Source: Alphaproteobacteria bacterium
GTDB lineage: Bacteria; Pseudomonadota; Alphaproteobacteria; SMXP01
Direction of reading: 5' to 3'
DNA length: 64,000 nt
Assembly (NCBI GenBank): GCA_028285305.1
Contig: JANQPV010000022.1
Coordinates: 137,322 to 201,321, forward strand
Numbering within the stretch: the stretch's first letter is position 1; the number at the start of each line of letters is the position of its first letter. Below the pieces are notes generated by a model. It was not told the origin of the DNA. It made no database searches and worked only from the letters and a program-made list of their open reading frames with translations. The translations under genes and the position numbers were made by a program. Of the stretch, positions 17,749 through 26,824 are shown piece by piece.

Positions 17749-18992
17749 CCGGGTTTCGCCGCGGGTGACCGGTAGGTCCAAAGGCTGGTCGTAAATGTTC
17801 CGTATATAAATAGAACAAAAGATACGGCGAGGGCTGGGATCAGCGCATTCAGCGTTCCAAACATTTCAATGATTACGCCAAGCACAAGGGCACCGATTGG
17901 AGCACTGCCGACAAAACCCAGATTGAAGACCGACATGATGCGTCCTCGATATTGGGGTTCCGCAGATTCTTGAACGATGGCTCTGGCAAGGGTTGAAGTG
18001 ATGCCCATGTTGAGGCCCCAGGCGATTGTGGTGAGGATCAAAACGATCCAATTAGGCCACGCCCACAACAAGAACAAAATCGCCATGCGAGAGAGTTGCA
18101 TGACGAGAAAGATCCGGCCCGGATTGGCGAGCGGCATGAACCGCAGCATCAAGAGATTGGACGTGGTCGCGCCTGCGTAGAAGATGATCATCATCACCGC
18201 AAGAAGCCAGGCATCGCCGTCAAAGATGCGTTTGATGATGAAGGGAAAGACGGTTAGAAACGCTCCGGCATTGAAGATGCTAGATGTGAAGTTGATTAAG
18301 AGGACGTTGAATACGTCTCTGTTGCGGTAGGTGGCTTTGAGACCTTCAAGCACCTCGTTCCATGCAGAATGATGCACTTGAGCCTTGCCGTTTGGGAACG
18401 ATGGCAGATTTCGCACCATCAAAACACCGATCAAAAAACAAACTGCTTGAATCGACAGGGCGGCCGATAATCCGATCCGTTCCATCTGTCCCGCCATGGC
18501 GAGCCCCATCATTTGCACGATGAAGCCGACGGCGGTGGCTGCGGTTACGCCTTGTTGCACCCTCTCACCCGACACCCGATTGAGAGTTGTCAGCAAAGCG
18601 GGGCCTGAGAAGGATATCAGCGTGCTCACGCCCAATCCCCACGCCGTGACCGTCCAGATATTCAGAGCGTTAAGCCCGTTCGCCACTATCAAGAACAACG
18701 GTAGTATGGGGGCGATGAGATAGACACGGAGCAACAAGTCCTTGGGGTCGGACCGGTCTGCGCTGGCGCCACCCCAGAGCATGACGAAAATGCCCGGAAT
18801 GCCGATGATGGCCAGCGCAACACCCACTTGATCCGCAGGCAGAAGGAGAACGCCGATCAAAAGCCAGCTGGCGAGTAAGTTTTGCATGGCAAAGGCGATA
18901 CCCGCGCAGCCGCTGGCACCCAAGTAGGCCCTGAAGCCTGCCTCTTGCCAAACGGACCGCTTAGCCTGTTCTACATCGCTCTGCGTTGCCAC
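17745..18992 (-). CDS. MFS transporter
   Basis: About 12 TM segments, WGGASADRSD, YRGRIMSVF. Start uncertain (GTG 18992 chosen; the ORF extends to 19151). Confidence 0.85.
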   Translation of the reverse strand: MATQSDVEQAKRSVWQEAGFRAYLGASGCAGIAFAMQNLLASWLLIGVLLLPADQVGVALAIIGIPGIFVMLWGGASADRSDPKDLLLRVYLIAPILPLFLIVANGLNALNIWTVTAWGLGVSTLISFSGPALLTTLNRVSGERVQQGVTAATAVGFIVQMMGLAMAGQMERIGLSAALSIQAVCFLIGVLMVRNLPSFPNGKAQVHHSAWNEVLEGLKATYRNRDVFNVLLINFTSSIFNAGAFLTVFPFIIKRIFDGDAWLLAVMMIIFYAGATTSNLLMLRFMPLANPGRIFLVMQLSRMAILFLLWAWPNWIVLILTTIAWGLNMGITSTLARAIVQESAEPQYRGRIMSVFNLGFVGSAPIGALVLGVIIEMFGTLNALIPALAVSFVLFIYGTFTTSLWTYRSPAAKPG

Positions 18993-19137
18993 CCTAAATG
19001 CCTTTGTTTTGTCTTTATGTGTAGCGCGATTTGTCGACGAGGCAAATCGGATTGGAGAGTAAGCGTTTTTTGCATTTCCCATCTGCTCTGTGGGTGTGTT
19101 ATCTGCGAGACAAACAGCCAATCGCGAGGAGATGCTT

Positions 19138-19887
19138 ATGACCCCCATCAAGATTTACGGCGTACCCTTTTCCCAGCCTGTCCGGTCGGTCATTTGGCTC
19201 TTGCTCGTAAAAAAACTGCCTTTCGAATTGGTGCCGACCAACCCGGGCTCAAAGGGGGAAAATGGCAGCAAGCACCCGAGTTTTCTCGAAAAGAACCCGT
19301 CCGGCACCATCCCCTGCCTTGAGGAGCCGGACACTGGGTACACCCTGGGGGAGGGTCATGCGATCATGGCTTACCTTTGCCAGAAGTATGGCTGGAGTGA
19401 TATGTATCCAGAGGATATCCAAGCGCGCGGAAAAGTGGACTGGTACCTTAACTTTCATCACCGGAATATCAGAGATGCGTCGGGCATGGTCGCGCCGAAA
19501 ATTCGCAAGGATTTGAATATTCCGGAACTCGCTCAGGAGATGGCGCGCCGTACATTCACCGCAGGGATCAAGACGCTCAACGATCAATGCTTGGCCAAGG
19601 GCCGCTTTATCGCAGGGGATGATCTCACGATTGCGGATCTGGCCGCTTATGGAGAGATCGGTCAGCTTCAAAATCAGTTTACGAATATATTCGACTTCAG
19701 CCCGTTTGAAAATCTCCAGAGATGGCTGAACGATATGCACCAGGTTGAGTTTCACGATGAGGCCCATGTTGTGCTTTCAGAACTTGGAGATATCTCTGAA
19801 GACGCTCCGGATATGGATACGATCCGCACGGCGAACATTAATGCGTTCGTGGCGATCCAGAACGTTGTTCAAGGGTTCTCAGGGTAG
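19138..19887 (+). CDS. glutathione S-transferase (theta-like)
   Basis: YGVPFSQPVRSV, KNPSGTIPCL, EGHAIMAYL, LTIADL; GAGGAG RBS. Confidence 0.88.
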   Translation: MTPIKIYGVPFSQPVRSVIWLLLVKKLPFELVPTNPGSKGENGSKHPSFLEKNPSGTIPCLEEPDTGYTLGEGHAIMAYLCQKYGWSDMYPEDIQARGKVDWYLNFHHRNIRDASGMVAPKIRKDLNIPELAQEMARRTFTAGIKTLNDQCLAKGRFIAGDDLTIADLAAYGEIGQLQNQFTNIFDFSPFENLQRWLNDMHQVEFHDEAHVVLSELGDISEDAPDMDTIRTANINAFVAIQNVVQGFSG

Positions 19888-19933
19888 CTTTCTCAATCGC
19901 GGCAGACCATAACTGGGCATTTAGAGGCAGAGT

Positions 19934-21334
19934 TTGGACGAAACATCCCAGCGCAGAAGGTCGGGAGGCGCCGTGCTGCACTATGCGGCGCGGCCGTTCG
20001 TTGTATTCGTCGAGCGCTATTATCCCGACCCATTTGTTTTTGTCATTGCGCTCACATTCGTTGCCTTTGGGGCTGCCTTCCTGCTGACGCCGTCTTCAGT
20101 TGAAACTGCGGTCACCGCTTGGGGCTCAGGCTTGTCCTCGTTGATGGCGTTCACGGCGCAGATTGCCATTACGCTGATTGTTGCAAATGCGTTTGCGGCG
20201 ACGGATTTTGTTCAGCGCGGGCTTAATCGGATTGCTCGGCTCCCGCGGACAGACTGGCAGGCCTACGTCCTCTTGGCGGGCGTAGCGGGCTTGGCCAGCC
20301 TCGTTGCTTGGCCCCTTGGATTGGTTGTGGGCGCGACATTGGCCAAGCGGGTGGCGGCGGAAGCGCCCAAAGCAGGGCTTTTCCTTCATTATCCTTTGTT
20401 GGTTGCCTCGGCCTATTCCGGTTTCCTAATTTGGCATATGGGCTATACGGGATCCGCACCTCTCTTTATGGCGACTCCCGGTCACGCCATGGAGGCTCAA
20501 GCCGGCATTATTCCGGTTACGGAGACAATCTTTGCCTGGTGGAATATCGGTTTGGCACTGATTACGCTGTCTCTCGTATGTGTGATCTGCGCACTCATGC
20601 GGCCGCCTGAAGATCAAATCAAAGAGATTGATGCGCGCCTCTTGATGACGGATCCCCCAGATACAATTGATGCGGAACATCCCAGAACGTTTGGGGAAAA
20701 GTTGACACAGGCGCGGGCCGTCAGTCTCGCTCTCGGGGCGCTGGTTCTCCTCTATATGGGATTTTGGTTTGCAGACAGAGGGTTCAGCCTTGATCTGAAC
20801 ATCGTGAACTGGTCTTTCTTAACACTAGGGCTGCTGTTTGCTCGTTCGCCCGGCCATTACATCGAACTCGTGACGGAGGGCGGCAAGTCCCTAGGTCCGC
20901 TTCTCCTGCAGTATCCCTTTTATGCCGGCATCATGGGATTGATGGCGGGCAGCGGCCTTATCGATGTCTTCTCCACATGGATCGCAAACCATTCTTCCCA
21001 GACGACATTGCCGGTTTGGGCGTTCTTGTCAGGTGGGTTCGTCAACATGTTTGTTCCTTCGGGCGGTGGGCAATGGGCGGTGCAAGGTCCGATCTTCATT
21101 GAGGCGGCGATGAAGTTGGACGTCGAACTGCCGCTCATCGTGATGGCGGTGGCGTACGGCGATCAATGGACAAATATGATCCAACCGTTTTGGACGATCC
21201 CCTTGCTTGTTATCGCCGGCCTCAATCTGCGCGATGTTATGGGGTATACGTTTGTCACGCTTATAGTAACCGGAATCCTCTTCGTGTCCGCCCTGCTTGT
21301 CATCGGTTCCATCGGTGGCCTGACAGGCTCATGA
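19934..21334 (+). CDS. atoE: short-chain fatty acid transporter
   Basis: ERYYPDPFVF, HYPLLVASAYSG, QYPFYAGIMG, FVPSGGGQWAVQGP, GDQWTNMIQPFW. Confidence 0.85.
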   Translation: MDETSQRRRSGGAVLHYAARPFVVFVERYYPDPFVFVIALTFVAFGAAFLLTPSSVETAVTAWGSGLSSLMAFTAQIAITLIVANAFAATDFVQRGLNRIARLPRTDWQAYVLLAGVAGLASLVAWPLGLVVGATLAKRVAAEAPKAGLFLHYPLLVASAYSGFLIWHMGYTGSAPLFMATPGHAMEAQAGIIPVTETIFAWWNIGLALITLSLVCVICALMRPPEDQIKEIDARLLMTDPPDTIDAEHPRTFGEKLTQARAVSLALGALVLLYMGFWFADRGFSLDLNIVNWSFLTLGLLFARSPGHYIELVTEGGKSLGPLLLQYPFYAGIMGLMAGSGLIDVFSTWIANHSSQTTLPVWAFLSGGFVNMFVPSGGGQWAVQGPIFIEAAMKLDVELPLIVMAVAYGDQWTNMIQPFWTIPLLVIAGLNLRDVMGYTFVTLIVTGILFVSALLVIGSIGGLTGS

Positions 21335-21414
21335 TCGATCAAACAAGGGGCTAGCATTGTTCCGCCGATAGGTGATAGTCCTTGGGCGGTGCATCAATTC
21401 AGAAAGTGTGATTC

Positions 21415-21552
21415 ATGTCGATCCTACGCATTGGTTTTGTACTTGCCGCTGTGCTGTCTCTATCGGGGTGCTTCTTCTCGGGTGACGAAAAACCGCCGGC
21501 GGTTCCGGTTGAACCGGTTGAAACTCAAAACGAATTGCCCCCGCCGACGTAG
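21415..21552 (+). CDS. small putative lipoprotein (45 aa)
   Basis: MSILRIGFVLAAVLSLSG-CFFSGDEKPPAVPVEPVETQNELPPPT*: basic residue, hydrophobic core, LSGC lipobox. Below the ORF-track length cut-off. Confidence 0.6.
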   Translation: MSILRIGFVLAAVLSLSGCFFSGDEKPPAVPVEPVETQNELPPPT

Positions 21553-21554
21553 CA

Positions 21555-22364
21555 CTAAACGGGACAGTCTTTATTGAACTCGGGCTCGCGTTTTTCTTTG
21601 TGGGAGCGCACGCCTTCCAGAGCGTCTTCGCCCATGAAGCCCAACATTTCGAGCGCGGTGGACGTGTCGAAGATGGGACCGGCAGAACGTAGCCAATTGT
21701 TTAGGGAATATTTGGTCCATCGCAAGGCGCTTTGAGAGCCGGCGGCGAGATCCGTTGCAATGGAGAGGGCCGTCTCCTGAAGCTCACTGTCATCCACGCA
21801 CATAGACACGAGGCCGAGACGTTCGGCTTCTTCGCCGCTCACAGGTCTGCCTGTTAGAAGATGATACTTGGCTTTGGCCATACCGCAGAGGAGCGGCCAA
21901 ATAATTGCCGCCACATCGCCGGCCGCAACACCCAGTCGTGGATGGCCGTCCACGATGCGCGCGCTTTTGCCGGCGATAGATATGTCGGCGAGGATCCCGA
22001 CCACGAGGCCGGCGCCTGCAGCGGGACCGTTGATCGCTGAGATAATCACTTTGTTGCAGTTGATAATATTGTAGACGAGGTCTTTCGCCTCCTTCCACGT
22101 TTTCATCGTGACCTGATGATTGCCGGTCATCTTTTCGATGAAATCGAAATCACCCCCCGATGAAAACGCTTTGCCGGTCCCGGTCACGATGACCGTGTTG
22201 ATGTCCGGGTCGCGGTCGACATCGCGCCAGATGTCGGTAATCTGGGTATGCGCTTCTTCGTCAATGGAATTATACGTCTCCGGATTGTCGAACGTGATCT
22301 TGAGAACCCGTTCCGTGGGCGATTCGATCCTGAATTTGGAGTAGGCGCTGTAACGATCCGTCAT
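21555..22364 (-). CDS. enoyl-CoA hydratase/isomerase family protein
   Basis: [46 protein letters not shown]. Confidence 0.9.
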   Translation of the reverse strand: MTDRYSAYSKFRIESPTERVLKITFDNPETYNSIDEEAHTQITDIWRDVDRDPDINTVIVTGTGKAFSSGGDFDFIEKMTGNHQVTMKTWKEAKDLVYNIINCNKVIISAINGPAAGAGLVVGILADISIAGKSARIVDGHPRLGVAAGDVAAIIWPLLCGMAKAKYHLLTGRPVSGEEAERLGLVSMCVDDSELQETALSIATDLAAGSQSALRWTKYSLNNWLRSAGPIFDTSTALEMLGFMGEDALEGVRSHKEKREPEFNKDCPV

Positions 22365-22556
22365 GTCTTTTCCTTATTTCATTTGTCTACTGATTATTAT
22401 GAAGAGTCTTTGTTTGCCGGTGAATATTTGGTTGTTTTCCGGGGCGATTCTTCACCCTTATACCTTGCAGATTGCGGTCATAGTTCCCATATTTTAGCCA
22501 TAATTAACAAGCCGGAGACTTGCTCTTTTTCCCAACCCCGAACAATAAGGATTGCC

Positions 22557-23942
22557 ATGAACCCACTCCTGACCGCGCTCCGCGCAACGGCCCGTTTTCT
22601 ATTGTCACCCGTGCGTTTCCTTCGTGATATCTTCAGTCGGGTGTACCGAAAATCGATTCTGGTCAATGCGAGTGAGGCGGGCGCCGTCGTGGGTCAAAAG
22701 GCAAGTGGCTTGATTTCTCAGGAATTTGATGCCGTTTCGGGTGATGTCGTTCCTGTTGAAAGGTCCGAACCCAGCCTTGAAGCGGCTCCCGGCGGGATAC
22801 TCTTCCGTATGATGGCAAAGCCGCAAATGAGCGAACAAACGGCTTCGGAACTCTCCCTCAGCACCGCAAAAATCTATCAAAGACGCGCGGAGCTTTTCTA
22901 TGAAGATGCGATCAACATTATGCCTCCGGGTGGTCTCTTCTATGAGGAGGTGGAACGCGCGCATGTGCAACGGGCTTTGAGTGTAAACAAGGCCATTGGT
23001 GCACAGACGGTTGCGATAGTCTCGGCCTTAGAGGAGGGTGCCGCACCCGTGGAACAGGAGGTGCCGGGCGAGCGCGTTTCGGTTGACAAGCGCTTTAGTG
23101 ACACGAACGAACAGTTTCGGGAGATTTTCAATACTAATAGCCGCCGCCTCATGTTCTACTATGTTCCAGCGCTATTCTCACTGCTTCTTGCCTACCTGTA
23201 TCTTTTTCCAATGGCACTATTTGACAGTGGGCGGACGATATTCGACGGAATCGTTCGATCGGAGTTGGGGGCGGTGTCTCTTGGTGCCGCGGAATTCGGA
23301 CCGATATTGGTGGCAGTGATCGTGATTTCTCTGGTGTATGTCCTTTATCAGTGGCCGTACCGTGTCAGCCAGCAGATTATTGCGCTCAATGTCAACAACT
23401 ACATCTCGCAGAAATTTGGACGCATGAGTCAGCACTTTCAGGTTGCAAAGCGACAAGCGTTGAATGTCGAGCGTAGTGCACGTATTCGAGATGCGGAGCG
23501 ACTCAAAGACGATGCGGGAACGTGGACTGTCAGCTACAATTGGATCGCAATGCGTCTTATGTTTTGCGAACTGCTCATTCGCAACACACTCTTTCAGATC
23601 CGACGCAATACAATGCTTTACAAGCTTGGAGGCGTCGTTCTTTGCTTCACTCTCGCGGGCGGATTGCTGATGATGCAGGCCTTGGTTCCCTCACATATGT
23701 TCGATACCGGAAGGGTTCCTGTCGAACTCTGGTTTGTTGAAGTCTTGTCGGTCACCCTACTGTTCGTGATCGTGATCTACGGGCTTGTGATCCGCAGGCC
23801 ATTTGATGTGGTTCGGCAAAGCTTTGATGAACGGGGTTGGCACCGATTCAATTCTATTCGGCTCGATTCGACCGTTGCGGAACATGTGGGCGAAGACAAG
23901 CTTCAGATCATCACGTTCCGGGACCGGAACCGAATGGAGTGA
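22557..23942 (+). CDS. hypothetical membrane protein (about four TM segments)
   Basis: Long ORF with AAGGA RBS before ATG 22557; two pairs of hydrophobic helices; no family recognised. Confidence 0.7.
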   Translation: MNPLLTALRATARFLLSPVRFLRDIFSRVYRKSILVNASEAGAVVGQKASGLISQEFDAVSGDVVPVERSEPSLEAAPGGILFRMMAKPQMSEQTASELSLSTAKIYQRRAELFYEDAINIMPPGGLFYEEVERAHVQRALSVNKAIGAQTVAIVSALEEGAAPVEQEVPGERVSVDKRFSDTNEQFREIFNTNSRRLMFYYVPALFSLLLAYLYLFPMALFDSGRTIFDGIVRSELGAVSLGAAEFGPILVAVIVISLVYVLYQWPYRVSQQIIALNVNNYISQKFGRMSQHFQVAKRQALNVERSARIRDAERLKDDAGTWTVSYNWIAMRLMFCELLIRNTLFQIRRNTMLYKLGGVVLCFTLAGGLLMMQALVPSHMFDTGRVPVELWFVEVLSVTLLFVIVIYGLVIRRPFDVVRQSFDERGWHRFNSIRLDSTVAEHVGEDKLQIITFRDRNRME

Positions 23943-24071
23943 TGCCATTTTGCTTGGCAGTTGGGGCAGCCGTTCGAGGTTGCTCTGGCCCCAACTGCAT
24001 GCATTTAAAGACTTGCATTTCCGTTGCGATTTGGCCCACCTAAGGAGAGATTTTAGGGAAGGGAATGCACG

Positions 24072-25037
24072 ATGAAGGATTTCAGCGGAAAGATTGCCGT
24101 TCTGACTGGTGGCGGCACAGGTATGGGCCGGGAACTCGCCCGGCAACTGGTTGCGGAAGGTTGCAGCGTCGCGTTTTGCGATGTGTCAGTGCAAGCGATG
24201 GCAGAAACAAAAGAGATTTGCCAACAAGAGGCGGTCCAGGGCACACGGCTCATGACGTTCGAAGCGGATGTTTCCGACGAAGACAAAGTCAACGCCTTTG
24301 CCGATGCTGTTAGAAAAGAGTTTGATACGGACCATATTCATCTTCTCTTTAATAATGCCGGGATCGGCGGCGGCGGGTCGATCATTGATGGGGACCGGGA
24401 GGAGTGGGAGAAGACGTTTAACGTCTGTTGGGGCGGCGTCTATTATTGCTCCCGGGCCTTTCTTCCCATGCTGGTTGCCGCGGACGAAGGACATATTGTT
24501 AACACAAGCAGCGTTAATGGATTTTGGGCCTCAATCGGGTATCTGCGTCCGCATACGGCTTATTCAGCCGCTAAGTTCGCGGTGAAAGGTTTCACAGAAG
24601 CTCTTGTCAATGATCTTCGCGTGAATGCGTCCCATGTGAAATGCTCCGTGGTGATGCCCGGACATATCGGTACCAAAATCGTGGACAATTCGCGGGCTTT
24701 ATTGACGGGTTCTGAAGATGTCACCCTGTCGGACGACGACTTGCGCCGGGCGCGAAGTATGTTGAAGACCATGGGGGTTCCCAACGCGGATGACGTCACG
24801 GCGGAGGAAGTGACTGCATTTCTGGAAGAGCGCGCCCGGTCATTCGAAGAAGATGCGCCTACAACGGCAAGTGAGGCGGCCAAGATCATTCTTGATGGGG
24901 TCAAAGCGGAGACGTGGCGCATTCTCGTCGGCGATGACGCGCATCTGCTTGATAAGATGGTGCGGGAGGCGCCCGAAGACGCCTACGAACAAGCCTTTTA
25001 CGATCGCCTGATTAGCGAAAGCGGTTGGAACATATAG
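24072..25037 (+). CDS. SDR family oxidoreductase
   Basis: TGGGTGMG, NNAG, NTSS, YSAAK. Confidence 0.92.
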   Translation: MKDFSGKIAVLTGGGTGMGRELARQLVAEGCSVAFCDVSVQAMAETKEICQQEAVQGTRLMTFEADVSDEDKVNAFADAVRKEFDTDHIHLLFNNAGIGGGGSIIDGDREEWEKTFNVCWGGVYYCSRAFLPMLVAADEGHIVNTSSVNGFWASIGYLRPHTAYSAAKFAVKGFTEALVNDLRVNASHVKCSVVMPGHIGTKIVDNSRALLTGSEDVTLSDDDLRRARSMLKTMGVPNADDVTAEEVTAFLEERARSFEEDAPTTASEAAKIILDGVKAETWRILVGDDAHLLDKMVREAPEDAYEQAFYDRLISESGWNI

Positions 25038-25045
25038 GGCGGGTT

Positions 25046-25070
25046 CGGGCCGCTCTGGGAGAGCGGCCCG
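25046..25070. terminator. hairpin between convergent genes (possible bidirectional terminator)
   Basis: CGGGCCGCTCT-ggg-AGAGCGGCCCG perfect 11-bp stem; lacks clear T tails. Confidence 0.5.
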
Positions 25071-25889
25071 CTAGCGCGCGGCGGCGTACTTGCCGGGCCG
25101 CTTCTCCATGGTCGACATCACCGCTTCGATTTGGTTTTGGCTGCCGATCAGCCTGTCTTGTTCAACGGACTCAGACATCAGAACCTCTGCGGCATCGCGG
25201 TCGCTTGCGTCGTTGAACATGCGCTTGCTGGCCTCGATGGCGTGAGGGTTCTTGGACGCGATCTCTTTTGCTGTGGCTAGGGCGTCTTCAAGCGGCGTCT
25301 CGCTCACCCGCGTGGCGAAGCCATATTCGAACGCCTCTTTACCTGAGAAGATTCGCCCCGAATAGGTTAGCTCACGGATGATGTCGTCACGCGCCAATCC
25401 CCGCATTAACTGGATGCCGGCCATGTCGGGAACAAGTCCCCATTTGATTTCCATAATCGACAGTTTTGTGTCTGGCGCGACGTATCTTATGTCGGCGCCC
25501 AAGGCGACTTGGAAACCGCCTCCAAAAGCCGTCCCATGAACGGCGGCGATTACCGGCACGGGCATTTTGTGCCAGACCCAGACTGCGTATTGGGCTCGGT
25601 TGGTGATTCCGTGGGTGCGCTCAGAAAGGGTACGCCGTGGCCCACTTGCAGCTCCGGACTCGCCGGATTCTTTCATGCGTTGAAAGTTTCCCATATCAAG
25701 ACCGGCGCAAAAGGCGCGCCCCTCTCCAGACAGAACAACGGCGCGGACGTCCGAATTCCGTGCAAGTTCGTCTCCCGTTTCGATGAGGCTTGAGAACATG
25801 GCGTCATCTAGCGCATTCATCTTCTCACTCCGGACGAGTCTGACGTCTGCAACGCCGTCGGTGATTTCGTACTTAACTCTCTCTGACAT
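25071..25889 (-). CDS. crotonase/enoyl-CoA hydratase family protein
   Basis: KMNAL, AFCAGLD, PVPVIAAVHG.AFGGG, MEIKWGLVPDM. Confidence 0.9.
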   Translation of the reverse strand: MSERVKYEITDGVADVRLVRSEKMNALDDAMFSSLIETGDELARNSDVRAVVLSGEGRAFCAGLDMGNFQRMKESGESGAASGPRRTLSERTHGITNRAQYAVWVWHKMPVPVIAAVHGTAFGGGFQVALGADIRYVAPDTKLSIMEIKWGLVPDMAGIQLMRGLARDDIIRELTYSGRIFSGKEAFEYGFATRVSETPLEDALATAKEIASKNPHAIEASKRMFNDASDRDAAEVLMSESVEQDRLIGSQNQIEAVMSTMEKRPGKYAAAR

Positions 25890-25919
25890 TTGTGTTTTTC
25901 CTTCATTCGGTAAGTGGGT

Positions 25920-26696
25920 TCAGCGTGGCCCTTGGCCATCGTCGATCTTAATGATTGTTCCGGTCACGCACTCCGACGAGGGAGAAACGAAGTACAGCAA
26001 TGTGCTGTCCATCTGATCCGGCGTACAAATCCGTTTGCGCGGGAAGTGTTGAGAGATATCGCCCATGCGTTCCAGCATGCCATCCATCATCTCGCTTTGA
26101 AATGCACCAGGCGCGATGCCGTTGACGTTGATGTTGTACCGAGCCCATTCGACCGCGAGTGCTTCCGTCATGCGCACAATGCCCATCTTTGTGATGGAAT
26201 AGAGAGCGGCGCCATTCCCATCGTAGCGATAGGCGCCTACGGAAGAAATATTGACCATTCGTCCTGGGAGTTTCTGCTCAATGAGGCGTTTGGCGACTTC
26301 GCATGACAGAATATAAGGGCCCCTCAAATTTGTATCGAAGACATCGTCGATCAGCTCCAACGACATTTTGTGCGCGCGCTGGGCATCCGGGATACCTGCA
26401 TTATTGATGAGTATCGTTGGGGTGCCGAGCTTTTCTTCCGTTTCGGATACGACGTTTAATATGCTTTCCGTATCTGTCATATCTAAGCGGATAGGTTCGC
26501 ATTCGCCGCCGAACTCGCGAATTTCCGATGCCAATCCTTCGAGACGTTCGACGCGTCGCCCGGTTAAGGCGACCTTGGCGCCGCACCGGGCAAGGACGGT
26601 GGCGAAACGTTTGCCGAGGCCGGACGTTGTTCCTGTTACAAGAGCCGTTTGGCCTGAGAGATCGGTGCTGATCCCGATGGAGTCGGTGGATGTCAT
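25920..26696 (-). CDS. SDR family oxidoreductase
   Basis: TGTTSGLG, NNAG, NISS, YSITK, IDDG. Start chosen at MTSTD (AAAGG RBS). Confidence 0.9.
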   Translation of the reverse strand: MTSTDSIGISTDLSGQTALVTGTTSGLGKRFATVLARCGAKVALTGRRVERLEGLASEIREFGGECEPIRLDMTDTESILNVVSETEEKLGTPTILINNAGIPDAQRAHKMSLELIDDVFDTNLRGPYILSCEVAKRLIEQKLPGRMVNISSVGAYRYDGNGAALYSITKMGIVRMTEALAVEWARYNINVNGIAPGAFQSEMMDGMLERMGDISQHFPRKRICTPDQMDSTLLYFVSPSSECVTGTIIKIDDGQGPR

Positions 26697-26824
26697 GCCG
26701 TGCCTTTCTGTTGAGCCCTTTTTTGGGTGCACAACAGCATGGCCGGCCACAGCAATCAACTGGCAAGGCAGGGCAGTCTCAGATTTGGCGCAGGGACTGA
26801 TTGAAAATGACTGATTTGTGCGGG

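Noticed and set aside
22248-22556. N-terminal extensions in the ORF track (also 51533-51823, 11633-11758, 33913-34047, 8043-8099)
   Set aside because: They overlap neighbouring genes or promoter regions; downstream ATGs with an RBS and a family-typical N-terminus fit better.
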